The notes: generated from the sequence alone by a model not told the origin. 64,000 bases of DNA from Amoebophrya sp. A120 (GCA_905178155.1 CAJINV010000003.1:2769715-2833714), one strand, 5' to 3'. Numbered from the stretch's first letter, positions 10,601-24,200 are shown. Translations and numbers: made by a program.

Positions 10601-11774
10601 AATATCATGCGGACGCAACAGCAAGTCGCTATGGATGTCGACGACCGAAAATGACCGCACCTAGTGTTTGATGCAAAGAACGACCGATGTCGATGACCAA
10701 AAAACAGAAGTGGCACGATCGCCCGGAAACACGATGCCGGCGTCCATGCTTCCCCTAGTCAGCATGTGGGTTCGTACCGCACGGCAATGCCACGAAGACG
10801 GTGAAGGCCTTTTATTTTCGATTACTCGCATCGTGAAAAGCTCAAGTTGTACTGTGTTGCTCGGGTTCTATAGCGACATGCAGCCTATACGCCTAAAGCT
10901 GCGAGTTCGCGAATCCATGCGGAACTTCTCCTTCTACTGTATCGCAATAAAGCTTTCGCAACGATAAGAAAGCTCATCAGAAAAGAATAAGCTTAATTTC
11001 GCTTCGTGTGGCCATCGAATTTTTGGGCGCAGCAGGAAACACCAGGGGGGGATACCTCCTGTCGACTCCTACCTTGCCGTCCAACTCCAATCATGCACTT
11101 TGCGTTTGCAAAATACACAATCTGTAGCAGCATTAATACACCATTGGCCGAATGGATTGCGAGTATTTCTTTTCTTTTTGCGAGTTCGAAAGTTTCAAGG
11201 TCGGGGCGACAGGGGACTACTTTAGTTCGAGACTTTTTTTTTCAAATACTTATGCTTTTAAAGAGATACAGATCTGAATCACGGGATCGACAAAAAAAAA
11301 TTCTTTAATGAAACGAGGAAATCGAGATCGATTTGTATTTTTTTCTTTTCTGATTGGGCTTGGGGCGAAAACGATGTAAATAATAGCAAACTCTAGAGGA
11401 CGAGACATCGTGTAGTTGCGTCCACCGCGAATGCGTGAGGAGGAACAGCAGCGGCAGGGATACTACCATAACTAATTTAATTTGAAAATAGCATGCTCTG
11501 GACACGCACTTTGAAGGAGACAACGTAAGTACTAGAAGCTGTTTGTGACTTCGATTCGATAAATTCATACAGGGTTATTGTATGTGTAAAAAGCAGATTA
11601 GAATATTGTGTTCAAAATGAAAAATTAAAATATGAATGTAAGTCGTAAAAACAAGGCGAAAACAACAATCGTAAAAAAAAATCTAAATTCTGCGTGCTAC
11701 GTCTAGTGTGTCTCGAATAGTTTGCCGGTATTTATTTGGCAGAAAAGCAAAACGCTGCTTCTGTAATTCATAGC

Positions 11775-12320
11775 TTATTTGCTGTCGTGTTGTACTATCA
11801 CCGTCTGTTCGTCCACTTTCTCCTCGACGAAGCTCTTCATCAACTCAATAAGATAGACCAGACATCGCTGAAAACATGGAACCAAATCTTTGACAATTGA
11901 AATGCCCCGCATCAGGCACAATCGTGTATGATCATGAATGATCTTCGATCCGGCAGGAAAATCGTACTGCACTTCTTCCCTCTCTTCTTCTTCACGTTTT
12001 AGCTGCTCATCTGCTATCAACTGTAAAAGTGTCTGGGTCTGGAAGAATGCAAGTTTGTCATGCTTGTCTGGCATGACTCGAGAATCTGTGTTGCATAGGC
12101 ACGAAAAGGCCCTCTTACCTGTCATGCAAAAACGCGGTTTGCCATGCGGAACACGTAAGACATGGCAGTCAAAAAATTTGTCATGCATAGCTGCGTATTG
12201 CAGTGCGTCTATCATTCATTTTTACCATTACAAGTTTCCAGACCCAGACATTTTTGCATTTGATATCTGCGATGAGCTCACAACTGCTGCTCCTGCGACG
12301 TGACGGCCTCGTTTATCCAA
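11775..12320 (-). CDS. Hypothetical protein exon(s) interrupted by an introner
   Basis: Removing the element plus one TSD gives SSSCELIADEQLKREEEEREEVQYDFPAGSK... Confidence 0.35.
12015..12265. mobile_element. MITE/introner family A (30-bp TIR, 5-bp TSD TCTGC)
   Basis: TATCAACTGTAAAAGTGTCTGGGTCTGGAA ... TTCCAGACCCAGACATTTTTGCATTTGATA; TCTGC at 12010-12014 and 12266-12270. Confidence 0.9.
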
Positions 12321-12656
12321 ACCAAAACCTTTTCCCTCGCACCATCAGTCAAAACAAAACATGCACAAAACATGCACGGCGACAGTCCAACAGCAACACG
12401 ACGTCGAATACGATTTTGTTTTTGACCTTTCTATAAGTATAAATCGTGTGCGCAACATATAGCAGGCGCAGGTGTACTTCTAGCCAATCTGCCGCTGTTC
12501 CAACTCTAACGTTAAATTGAATCCCAGGAACGAAAATTGCCACTGGAAGAGTTCTTGACATGCCTCAATGTCCTGTCTCGTCGGCAATGAATCGGGCACG
12601 ACGCGGATAAAAAGTCTACCTAGAAGACTTTTGGTGCAAAGGGAAAGTGCTCTACT

Positions 12657-13800
12657 TCATCTTGCTACCGTCGCCGGACTCCACTCCCCCCGCAGCCACG
12701 TTGTTCGCCTGCTGTTGGCCCGCAAGGGGTCCGCGCGGCTGCGCTGGACGAGCAGCGCCTTGCTGGCGGTTTCCCGTCGCGGCCGCCGGTCGGCGACGAT
12801 CGCACAGCTGGTAAAGCACAAAGCAAACCGCGAGAACCAGAGTTCACTATCAGGGAGAAAAACTAGCACCGGTCCCACGTCTCACACCCGCCCATTACAG
12901 TTACACTTTTACATTTTAATACATCAGATGAAAGAATGGTATTATAATTTTGCTGTTTCCCATGCAAAATTTCTTGATCTTCTTCCCACCATGCCGCGGA
13001 GGTTTCTTCTGCTCCTGTAAGACACGAAAACCACTGAAGACAAATTCACCTTCACTCGGTGAAAAAACGAATAAAGGCGAGAAAATATGGATATGCACAA
13101 AAGTCAGCACTAGGTCCAGAAGCCCAGTAAGAACTCAAAAGGTAAAACACGTAGTGGGCAGAGATGAAAACATTGGAATTGCTAGTTGTATCTTCCCTGG
13201 ATAGGCAGACGAGGCAGATGACACAGAAGTTCTGCAGGCAGTCGGTGCAGTGCTCCTGGCTGCGCACGGCGTTGAACTTCTCGGCCTCCTCCGGCGTGAT
13301 GTGGCGGAACTTCATTTTGGTCAGGTCTACCAGGCGGCAGTTCCCGTCGGGCTTGCTCTCGATCGTGATCAAAAACGGCGTGTCCGTTTCCGCGTCCGCG
13401 ACGACGCAATGCCGCTTCGAGGGGCTGTGGTCCGAGTCAAAGGGGTATGCCGTGGGAGAGACGTAGCTCTCATCAATAACGATCAGGCTTGTCCTGGCTT
13501 TGATTTCATTCGTTGTTACTTAGTATTTTATTGTTGTACAGTGCTTCTTCTTCTTTGAAAAATGAAAATGCCAAGGTTTCAGTTCATCTGTGGCCTGTAT
13601 TTGCATTCATATTTTCGTGCATGCTTTGAATGATGTGGTCCATGACTGTTTGGTGCATCGTAGAAAACAATAGTAGGACGGTCTTCCTGAGCCTCATCGT
13701 TATTGTACTAAGGCTAGGTCTTTCTACTGGTCGATAAGTAGAGGTCGTGGAAGGTCGTTTTGAAGCGCGCGAGACAGGCGTCGGTAACTTCACCCTTGCA
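12657..13800 (-). CDS. Hypothetical spliced protein
   Basis: GC-rich exon-like blocks (ITIESKPDGNCRLVDLTKMKFRHITPEEAEKFNAVRSQEHCTDCLQNFCVIC; low-complexity C-terminus) separated by AT-rich intron-like DNA. Confidence 0.45.
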
Positions 13801-14279
13801 CTTGTGCTGCGTCGCCTCGCTGTTCTTGAACAGTCGTATCGCCTACAAAAGTGACCCCTCGTGCTAATATTTTTTCAGCATAACCATAACTTTTTTTACT
13901 TTACTCATAGTTAGTACTATGATCCCGCTTCAAGAACTTGTTCCCATGGTGCGGAGCTGCAAGCGTGGTTCGCTGCTCACTGTGCTGGCTGAATCAATGT
14001 GGTATCTGTACCATCTGGATACAGCCACCAGCACTATACTTTTATTTTGCGAGGAGCAGATGTAGAACAGGAAGGAAACCCATACAAGATTGATTTCACC
14101 TCGTACAAGAAACAGAGCCTGAAGCGCTACAATCGTGGTTCTGTGGATCTTTTCGTGCCTACAACGCAGGACACGAAAAGTAGAACAGGATACAAATCAA
14201 ATGGAGTGGGGGAAAATGAAATGAACCGACAATGACTCAACATAACCAGATCGATGACTTAACGCACTAAATTAAAATT

Positions 14280-16170
14280 GATACCCCGGGAGGACCATCA
14301 CGACTTGCAAAAGCTGAAGCAGTTACGAGCGCCCACCACGTCCACCCCGAGACGCATCATATTGATATTTAACTTTGTAAACAAAATCCAACAAAGGTGT
14401 AAAAAAGTTCCGAGAAAGCTGATGCGCCAGAAGCTGATCGAAAAAATTCGGCAGGGGGTCACTTTTGTAGATGATAAATTCCCAAAGGTCCATGTTGTCC
14501 TGCTTGCTCAGCTCCAGGACGCCGTCCTTGATGTTCGCCTTCGCCGCGGTTTCGCCGATCGCTCCGGCAACAGGAATGTCTCCCTTCTGTTCGTGCTCCT
14601 TTTCCTTCTGTTTGACCGCGTCCTGTTTAATATTAAAGTGCTTACATCTACTTTTACGCCTCTTTCTTGGCTTTCACTTTCATCTACCACACTGTCGCAG
14701 TTTTTTTTTCGACGTCTACGAATCAATTTCGAGAATAGAGACCAACAGTATTAACAATTCAGCTGATCGCATAGCTTCAGCGAATCTTATCTGTGCACAT
14801 TAAAGTGCAAATCTGTCGACATACAGCTGCAGGGATATATTCTTGAGCTTGTAATAGGGAAACCGATACAGACCCCAATAGAACAACTTCTACACGTTGA
14901 GAGCATATAATTCAACAACAATTACCCCCGGGCCTTTCATGTTGATGACATCCTTTCCGACCGTGCATTTTTCGTTGTCCCAGACACACGCGGTGGCTTC
15001 CGCGTCGGTTGCGGCTTCGCACTCCTATGCAAGGAAAACAAACACTTTTGTTCCGCAGCACCGCGTCCTGCACTTCATCTTCTAGTATGTAAATACTGTT
15101 TATGTCTACATATCAAAATCATGACTCGGGCTGCTCGTAGTTCCCCTATTTCAGGAACGTGATACGGTGTTGTGGAGCTGTAGTTCTGTTTTTTCCTCAT
15201 AACGCCTCCATCGTCGTCAGCGGCTTGCAGAGTGTGTCGGCGGTCGTGTTCTGGCCCTGTTTTGTAGTGATGTTGGTGTTTCGAAATCGAAAAAATCGAA
15301 TATAGGAGATGCCAAGGTCGTCCTCATCGCAGTGTGATGCAGAAGTAGCTAGACGCATGTAAGTATAGTAAGAAGAAGTAAAATGCGACATCATACACTG
15401 AAAAAAAATGGAGAAAGCAGTCGTACAGCGTTGTGATGTCCGTGCGCATGTTCGGTCTGGGTCTTCAATTTCTTGAACTTTTTCTCCCAATCAGCAGCCG
15501 CCGCCTCAGCGGCGGCCAACTCAGTTTGCGCGGTAATCACCTTGTCCTTTTCGGTTTGCAAATCGGCCGCGGTGGCTTCCAACGCTGCCGTGGCGGCTTC
15601 CAACCGGTCCGTGAGGTTTTGTTTGCCCTCCAGCAGGTGGTCGATTTGGCTCAGCGCGGCGGTCAAGTTCGTTTGCAGCTCGACGATGGCCTCAGCGTCG
15701 GGCATCGCCGCGATCTGCTGCTCCAGTGCGGCCTTGTCGGCCTGCAAGGCGGCCTTCTCTGTTTGCAGTGTACCCAGTTCGGTTTTCGCAACCGTCAATT
15801 CAAGTGCCATATTTTTCAGTTTTTCCTCCTCCAATTCCAACGCGTCCTGTAGCTCATCGACAGTGGGGGGAGAAGCAGGGGGTTCCGCGGTGGTAGGGGA
15901 ACTGGTTTCGCCGTCCTTGACCTGCACCGCAGAGCTGGCAGTGCGCGGATCCAGCTTGTCAACAAGCCGCGCCGGCGCTTTTTGTTTTTCGGCCTTGGTG
16001 TTCGCGTATCGACTGAAAAAAATGTCTCAGGATCGATGCGTTGCAGCTTTCATCTTCATCTAGTAAAGTAAGAATCGATGTCGATCCAAATGTCAAGCTA
16101 TTACTTTTGAGGTCGCGGCAGCGCAGCAGCGACTGCGGGAACTGCAGCAAGATGAAGACGAGGAAAATAG
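14280..16170 (-). CDS. Hypothetical coiled-coil protein (multi-exon)
   Basis: ORF 15391..15927 has an Ala/Glu/Leu heptad pattern; further exon-like blocks near 15200-15270, 14930-15030 and 14400-14620. Confidence 0.55.
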
Positions 16171-17967
16171 AATTCTACTCGTAGCTGACACTGGATTTAT
16201 TCAAATATACGTGCACTAGTAAGTTATGCTTCCATCAGCAAGTAGAAGTCAGTGGAGTTTGATGAGATGAAATCTTCATGTCAATATTTTTCGTGTTGTG
16301 CGCGCTGCGTCCTCGTCTCGCACTAGCTAAACCTCAGCATGCATGTTCCGCTCCCATGATCCTGTGCTCTCTGCGGCACCAGAACTACAATTAGTATAAA
16401 TTTTCCACGTACGGGGTCGCGCCCAATGCAAACGTGATCATGAGACATTCCAGTTTGATACGGCGTTCAAGACCAGCACGGACACTCCGTCCGCCAAATG
16501 CGCGGCCGCGACGGCCGCAAAAGTACTCCCGTATCATACAAAAAATTCTTAGCACAGAGACCGAAAAATTATCACTCGCAAAACCAAAACTGCAGGGCAT
16601 GGGTGTAAATAAAGACGACAGGCTCGGGCAAAGAAAAACAAAAAGCACGTTAGTCTTAGTCTTACCGAACGCTAATGCAAGCAAGGTTCGGACACCCACA
16701 CCTGCGGGGTCCAACATACGCGAAATGCAAACGTCGAAGAAGTTTCATGTTTCTGTGCTAGCGATTTTCTGAATGATATCCTGGTCAAGAAAGACATGAC
16801 TTCCTCGGTCGGTTTTCGTTGACGAGAAAGAAGTTTTTGGGTTTTCGCTTCGCGCTTCCTCTTCTGTTCCGGGTCTTCGAATGTCGATGACGGTGCGAAA
16901 TGATTTGGCGTTTTTCTTGCTGTTACTAGTGTGCGTGTAGATGTTGAGTTGTGTTTTGTGCGATGTGAACCAGCTGCTGGAAATTTCTTGATGCAGAGGC
17001 TTTTTGTGTGGAGGTTGAAAAAGTTAAGGTGAAGTACAATTTATTTCTCAAGATGTTGTTGTCCGTCAAGTTTGAACTGAGGGAGAGGAGCTTACTTCCG
17101 AGGGGAAACACGAAAGAAAGCGACTGGAAGTTCTAGGTGGGTTTTGAATTTGAAAGTGAAGACTTGTTAAGACGAGCTTCTGCCTACAGGGTATGTACGA
17201 TGGAGTACAACACCGAATGCACAAACAAGTGTCAAATATGAAGAGATCACACGCACGCAGAACCGATGCTGGCCGTGGCTATTCATTGTGTGCACAGCCG
17301 CAAGTACCACGCTGGACGAAGAAGTTTCATCAAAGCCGAACGAAAAGGGAACTTTTTTCTGTACGGTAGCGACGCCAATCTTTGTGATTCAGTAGAGTTG
17401 TATGACAATCACGGCAAATTGTAGTTTGGAACGATACGAAAATTCTGGACGATAACGATAGAAAAGCAACCGAATTTGTTTGTCTACCGAGGTCGAAGTG
17501 GTTTTTCTCTTTTCACATTCTCATCGTGCTCGTGGTCGTGCGGTAACGCACATATACAAATCAAAAAGACACTTACGACGAGGACAGAGAGAAAAGAGCA
17601 ATGTGGACCGACCAGAAGAAATAAAGTCTCGAAGATGACAACAGATGACCGAGCGATCGACCAACCATGCCAAAAGAAAACATCAAACCGAACGGTGGCT
17701 GAGTTGAGGTTGCGGATACGATGCTTTCACAAATGTACACACGTACCTCTACTTGTCTCAACGAAAACTGTAAGTTCTTATCCTTTCTCGTACATGAAAC
17801 AAAGCGAACAGGAAGGCACGTGGTGCAATTATTTGCTGCTAGTGCAAAATCTACAGCGACGGGCACAAATTGCATGCGCGACAACTGTCCATGTCGCTAG
17901 CAGTAGCAGCTTATGTAGAATGTGTCTGTCGCTGTCGTAGCTGTTGCTACAAAATAGATAATGTTCC

Positions 17968-19109
17968 TTAATCCCGATTTGTGTATTTCGCCGGGTTTCC
18001 TTTCGGCTTCTCGCCCTCTTGGCCACCACCTCCCCCGCCTTGGCGGTTCTTCTTCGGCTCGATGCGGGCTTTGATTTTGGCAGCCTCCTCGTAATTCCCG
18101 GCCTTGTTGAACAATTTCATTTGCTCGACCAATTTTTCCTGATGCTTCATGTCCAGCAGCTGCTCGCGGGCGGTGTCGCGGAAGCGGTTCAGGGCCTTGT
18201 GATCCTTGTCGCGCTGTACATCCTCCTTTTGACGCTTTAATCTTTCCCGCTTGTCCTGCTCGTCGTTGGCCAGCATGCTCAGCTGTAATGATCGAAAATT
18301 CATTTTCATCCAACACGACGTAATATTTGCTTCTATTTATTTTTGCAGGTATGGAAACAAATGAAATTGGTATGGAACTCCAAAGACGAATGCACACCCA
18401 CACTGAAGTCAAAAAGAAAAAACCGTATATAAAGCATCAAGTTTTTCACCTGTCCTGCGTTGTGCATGTTGGAGAACAGGTTTTTCTGTCTGGCGGCGTT
18501 TCGTTCCCAGGCCTGAAGGTCGTAGTATTTCACGGAGGGCATTGTGCAGGTGTTGTAGTCTTCCATGAACGCGGCCTCCAGTTCTTTCTGTTCGCGTTTG
18601 TTGGTGTGCTCGAGGGAACTGTGTCGCACCTCAAGGAGCCACACCTGAAACTCGTCCTGCTTCGTAAAAAAGTTGTCTTCCGTCAGAATGCCGTACTTGC
18701 CGTACTGATCTCCTGCCGCCGGGGCGGCCGCGGCGCTGCTCTGTTTGCTCTTTTTCTTTTGTTTTTTCTTCTTTTTGTCTTTTTTCTTCTTGTCACTCTC
18801 CTTCCGCGTTTTTTTCTTTTTCTTTTTCGATTTTTTCTTATCCTTCTTTTTTGCCTTTTTATCCGGCTTCTTGGCTTCGTCCACTTCTTGTTCGGACTGC
18901 TTTTTTTTCTTCTTCTTTGTGGACGAGTTTGCGCCGCTGTCGCTGTCCTCGTCTTGGTCGGATGAACTTTCCGAGGAACTTGCGCTGCTCGATGAACTGG
19001 AAGAACTGGAGGAAGAGGCTGAGGACGAGGAACTACTCGACCGCTTCCTTTTTTTCGTCGGCCGCTCCGCCCTCACCTTTTTTTCTCCACTAATCACAAG
19101 GCCGTCCAT
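17968..19109 (-). CDS. Conserved uncharacterised Lys/Ser-rich protein (SCI1-like core, coiled-coil C-terminus)
   Basis: Poly-Ser/poly-Lys N-terminus, KYGILTEDNFFTKQDEFQVWLLEV...FMEDYNTCTMPSVKYYDLQAWE core; GT-AG intron 18449-18283 joins in frame to LSMLANDEQ... Confidence 0.7.
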
Positions 19110-21244
19110 GTTGCTGAGCTCCGTCAACGTGTAATTATGGTAATATTGACCACGTAGACGTATTGATACAAAACCAAATTATAACGAAGTTCACAGGGAC
19201 AAATCAGCTGTACTATCCAATCGACAGACACGCACACGACACACTGCTACTGCAGCGGTCACAACAATAAATTCATTGATAATCTGTCTGAGTCTGCGTT
19301 GCGGGATGTGACATGTCATGACTACTTATCTAGCTTGCAATGGCGATGATCGGTTTAGAGGTTTTGCTTTTGCTTTTCGGTGCCTTGCTCCGGCATAAAA
19401 ATGAATGTACGATCCGTTGCAAAATTCGGTCTCGGCGGCAAGATCGATTGATCAAGAAACAAGTGTTGCGTTTCAAAAAATTTCCATATCGCAGCGTGTC
19501 TGCATGTTTCTGCATAGGAACCAGGATCGGTGAACATAGCCGCAAAAGGACGAACGCGCTTTCCACTTTTGTAAAAGTGGGGCGTACCATCTTAGATAAT
19601 TTTTGTCTTGCTTTTCATACTCACGAGGCTTTGTTTTGATTGGAAATGCAACTCAGAACAGCTACTTCGTGTTCCATGGATTGAGCACAATTTTATTTGA
19701 CGCCCTGGTAATCCAACTTCTTTTGTTGACTATGACTACTACAAAGACAATCACAAAACGGAAGATGGGAAGATGGAAGGGCACATCATACACCAAAATG
19801 TTTCTCGTACTTGATTCGCAAATACGACTAGGCGTGGGTATGTACCCAGCAAGCTTTCTGTGACCCAGCCTGGGTGCCGCGGAACACCTTCAAGCTCAAA
19901 CTCCAACTTCAAGGCGGTCCACGACCTTGAAACACTTACCGCGAAACCGAAATGCCAGCAGTAGAATTTAAATTCATCTACGTAGTTGCTCTTTCACCGA
20001 GCCACATGGGGCACTCAAAAGGGCCTAAAGGCAAAAACAAAAAGGAAAAATGAAAATCTTCTTCATCCACATTCTACTTTGACTGTACAAGCAAGCGTAA
20101 AAGATTCGTATTGAGCACTTAATTGGGAATGCCTCCTCGAGCTTTAGAATGCAAGTGGTGGGGGCAACGGAGGCGAGCACTGCATGCACTGCGCTGGACG
20201 ATAGAGCGCACGAGCACATGCGTGCACGACCGCATTGCCATTTAGAATTTTACAATAGATTGCGACAGTGACTGATGTTGGTTTTGCCCTAGTGGCCGCT
20301 CTGCAATGATGCTGCCCTTATCCATATCTTTATTTTATCTTTATCTCCTTGACGAGGGGCTGACGACGCTCTTTGTCTTTCTACCGCTTGGGGCCGGATG
20401 AAATGAAAAAGAAAAATGATTTAAATTTTACAAGTGGGCGGCAGGTTTTGTCCCCGCGAGCGACAAAAATCAATCTAAAACTACATCAATCATGTGTATA
20501 TCTTGGAAGATCTTTCCCATCATTGACACGCGCATTCAATGTCTTGTGATTCCGAATAAGTACCAATGTCGAATCGAAGCAACGGGACTAACTCAGCACT
20601 ATTATTTGAATATAGACGAATCATCTTCGAGCGCTGTCGCGTTCTTAGTCGCTTTATTTTTTATGCTTGCAAATCTCTATCACTATCGTACACCGGAAGC
20701 CGAAGCTGTGTCATCAACATCTGCACATCAGTTATCATAGTATCATGTTGGCTCGAATTGCGTTTAGCGCTGGCAGCTTGTGCGTCTAACGTAGTGATGC
20801 AGTTCATCGAACCTGCGTACTAACTAGCCCACGGAAGGAAGCCTGGATTTCGGCATCCTGCCGGGTTCTTGCCGTCAGAGCATCCATCGTGCTTCCATTA
20901 GTCGAGAATCCGGACGGAAAACCGATACGCGCGGCACGGTTCCAAGTTGTTATTCAACTCGCGGGCGGTGTGCAGTGCTCAAAATCACGTGAAGCTTCTT
21001 GCGGCGGACGCGGAATGTGAGTCGGTCTTCTTCGTGCAGTGCTAACTGCTGAGTGTCAATTTCACCCGCCTCGCAGCAAGAGCGCACAGACTTTTGCGAC
21101 TCAAACCATGTTTTTCTTCTGTTCGGCCGTCGTGAGAAGTTGCTCGAGTCGTTGGCGTCGACCAGAGAGAACAAGCCCAAAAGTTTCTTTCCGCTCGAGC
21201 GCTTCCGTTTTCAACAAATCAAGTACTTCTACGTGCGGTGCGTA

Positions 21245-24200
21245 TTACGGGCATGGCTCTGAGGATTCTGCGACCTGATCTGGTTCTCCTGGCGTGAGGC
21301 TGGTACCGTTTCCGTTTCCCGCTGCCGTGCTGGGGAATAGTGGCTGGTGCATCCCGCGGCCGAGTTTTTTCCGAAACGGATCGAACTCCCGCAGGCAGAG
21401 CTCGTCGTGGGGGTTCGGCTGCCCAGAAAAGATGCGGGTGATCAGCTTGGCCACACCAGGCCCCAGCATAAAGCCTTGGCCGCCCAGCCCCACTGCGTGG
21501 AACAGGCCGGCGTAGTGGCGGTCGAATCCGACCAGGGGGTTGCCGTCGGTGGTGTTCGCGTACAGCCCGCGCCAGATGCGTCGAACCTCCACGTGCTCGC
21601 GCGCGTGGGGCAGCACAGCAAGGAGCCGTTTAGCCAGCAGCGGGAGAAAATGACTGGTCTCCTGTGTGTCAAAACCGGGAACTTCTGGGTAGGGCGCATT
21701 CGATATCGAGTACCAAAATCTTTCTTCCATCAACATGTAGTGAAAGCAGTGAACAAAAACATGCATACTGAGGAAAAAAATTGACAAGATGCTCCTGTAC
21801 GTGCACGCGCATTCATCAGAATAAAAAGGAAGCGTGATCAGCTCACATTTGTTCCTTCTGGAAAGTATGGCAATCAACCTCGTGAAGATTCGATCATTCT
21901 GAAATGAAGAAATTGCGATAAAATTACGATTATGCAAGCTGCGCGGCGCGAACTGTGGCTTCAGGACACGACGAGTACTAGATTTTGGTTCAACTTGGAT
22001 ATTGGAGAGCAGAAGCTGTCCCCGGTCGTTTTGGTAGAAGTAAAAACTGGAAGATCCCGCGAAGTTGCGAATATCCACCACCAGGGGCTGGATCTTGGGA
22101 AACCCGGGGTTTCCGAGACAGGGCTTGGTGACGGCCGCGTCGTGGGAATCGACCTTCAGTGCGAGCGTGTGCCCCAAAGTCGAGACCACCTCGTTCGTCG
22201 TGGCCCCCAGGCAGTTGACCACGCACGTGGTGGCGCGGAATTTCCGCAATCTGCCCGTTCGCGTGTCCAATGCGGTTACGCCGACTACGCGGTTCTGGAT
22301 CATGTTCGTTGAAGATGATGGGAAGTCGCTACCTGGAGGTGCTGGGACCGTAGTGGTCACCCCGGAAGCTTTTTCTACTGCTGCTCCACCACCAGCACCC
22401 GTGGACGATAGCATGAAGCCCGCGACCTTGTGACAGAACTCGAAGCGAACGCCGCGCTGCTTTGCCAGGCGGAGCATGGACAGACTGGTGAGGTAGGGTG
22501 TCGCCTGGCCGTCCCGCGGAGAGAAGATACCGCCCCGGAGATTCTGCTTCTCAATGCCCGGCACCAGCTTCTCGACCTCCGCCGGCGGAATCCAGTCAAT
22601 TTCCAGCCCGAATTTCCACTGTGTCGGAAGCAGATTTTTCAGCTTCCGCTCGTCTTCCTCGGTGTAGAGTGGGAACAGATAGCCACCGTCCCGCCAGTCG
22701 ATGTTATCCCCCGTGTCACGCTGCCAGTTCCGTAAAATTTCCACACCTGTGTGAATAGTGGATATCACATTTACAACTCGAAGACTTCGAGATTTATTGC
22801 TAGCACGACCTTCGCCTGTCACAGCATCAACTATGAAGAAAACATCGAGGTTTATTAAACTACTGTCGAGGCCAACGACGATTTTTGCTCCGTTTCCAAA
22901 TGTTGCTCGCACGCCTCCGAGCGCCCGCTTGTTGTCCCCTTGGCCGCTGGATGGGTTTCCATCGAGTACCAACACTTTCGCGAAGTGGTCTTTGAGGAAC
23001 AGCGCCGTTGGCGTGCCGACGGCCCCCGCCCCCAGGACGATGATGTCGAAAGTTTCACAGTCCTCTTCAAACGAAAGCTTGGGGGCACCACTGCGGATGG
23101 TGGCCGTTGGAGGTTCCGCTTTTGCGAGGGCCGCGATGGACAGCTCCAAGTTCAGTGGACGCTGGTGCCGCCGGTTGAGCAGTGTCGCACTGGACACTGC
23201 AGGTGACGCGCCGGAGGTTTTATCATTGGCTGCAACTCCGTCGGCCTGCTGCACGGTCACGGCCTCGGCGTGCTTTGTTGTTTTCGTGCGGACCTCTGCT
23301 ACTGCCTCTCCACTTGCACTTGGACTTGCGCCTCCAGGCGGCAGTGGAATTTTTCCGTCTTGGATCAGGTTCAGCACTGCGGCGGAGCACTGGTAGCCGC
23401 CACAGTAGCCCATTCCCTGGCGCGTGAGCTGCTTTACCGCGTTCATGTCCCCGTTGGACTCCAGCACCGCCTTCTTGATCTCCCCCAAACGCACCTTCTC
23501 ACATCGACAAACGATGGCAGTATCCTCAATATCAGCAAAGTCATGAAGATCCCCACCAGCGCGGAGACTACTTGCCTCTGTGGTCCTGTTCTGGTGTTCC
23601 TTTCTCGGTTTACCTGCGCAGGCGCTTCCCTTGGTTCCGGTTTCATCTCGGCATGCACACGATGATATTGTTCCGGCAGGTCGTTGGGCACTTGCTGATC
23701 CCTCGGCGGGGGACTGGAGGTGGTCATCTTTCGAAGCTTCACTGGTCATGGCCGTCGCGACTGACGCAGCTTTTGCTTTGCAACAGGCCGACGAGTCGTT
23801 TGCTTCATTTGGAATCAAGGCAGATCGCACTGGTGTGTCGAGATCGTCGGGCCCTCGAGACCCATTGTGGACGCCAAGTATGATCTGCTGGGCCACTTTC
23901 TTGGCACAGGCTTCACTCCTGGCAACGTCGCCCCCGCAGGAGGGAACGTGGAAGACCGGAACTTGCAGAAACTCCTGCGCTTTTTCAAGCAGTTCCGTCG
24001 CCGGAATTTTCGCGATTGCGACCACCACCATGTTGGTCGCCAGGGTGACCTGTAATTATCGCGGTGAATGTTTCATAGAGTGTGGTTCTATTTACGAGTT
24101 GTACTTTTCTCGAGAACAACGATACAAATTTCATTTTCTTCTGTCAACGATCTTCTGAGCAATCTTGAGAAAGAAACGGCGCTGCCACTGCCGCTGCATA

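Noticed and set aside
11382-11410. Possible degenerate 12th repeat (AGAGGACGAGACATCG)
   Set aside because: Only about 10-14 bp match to the left flank/core; could be chance.
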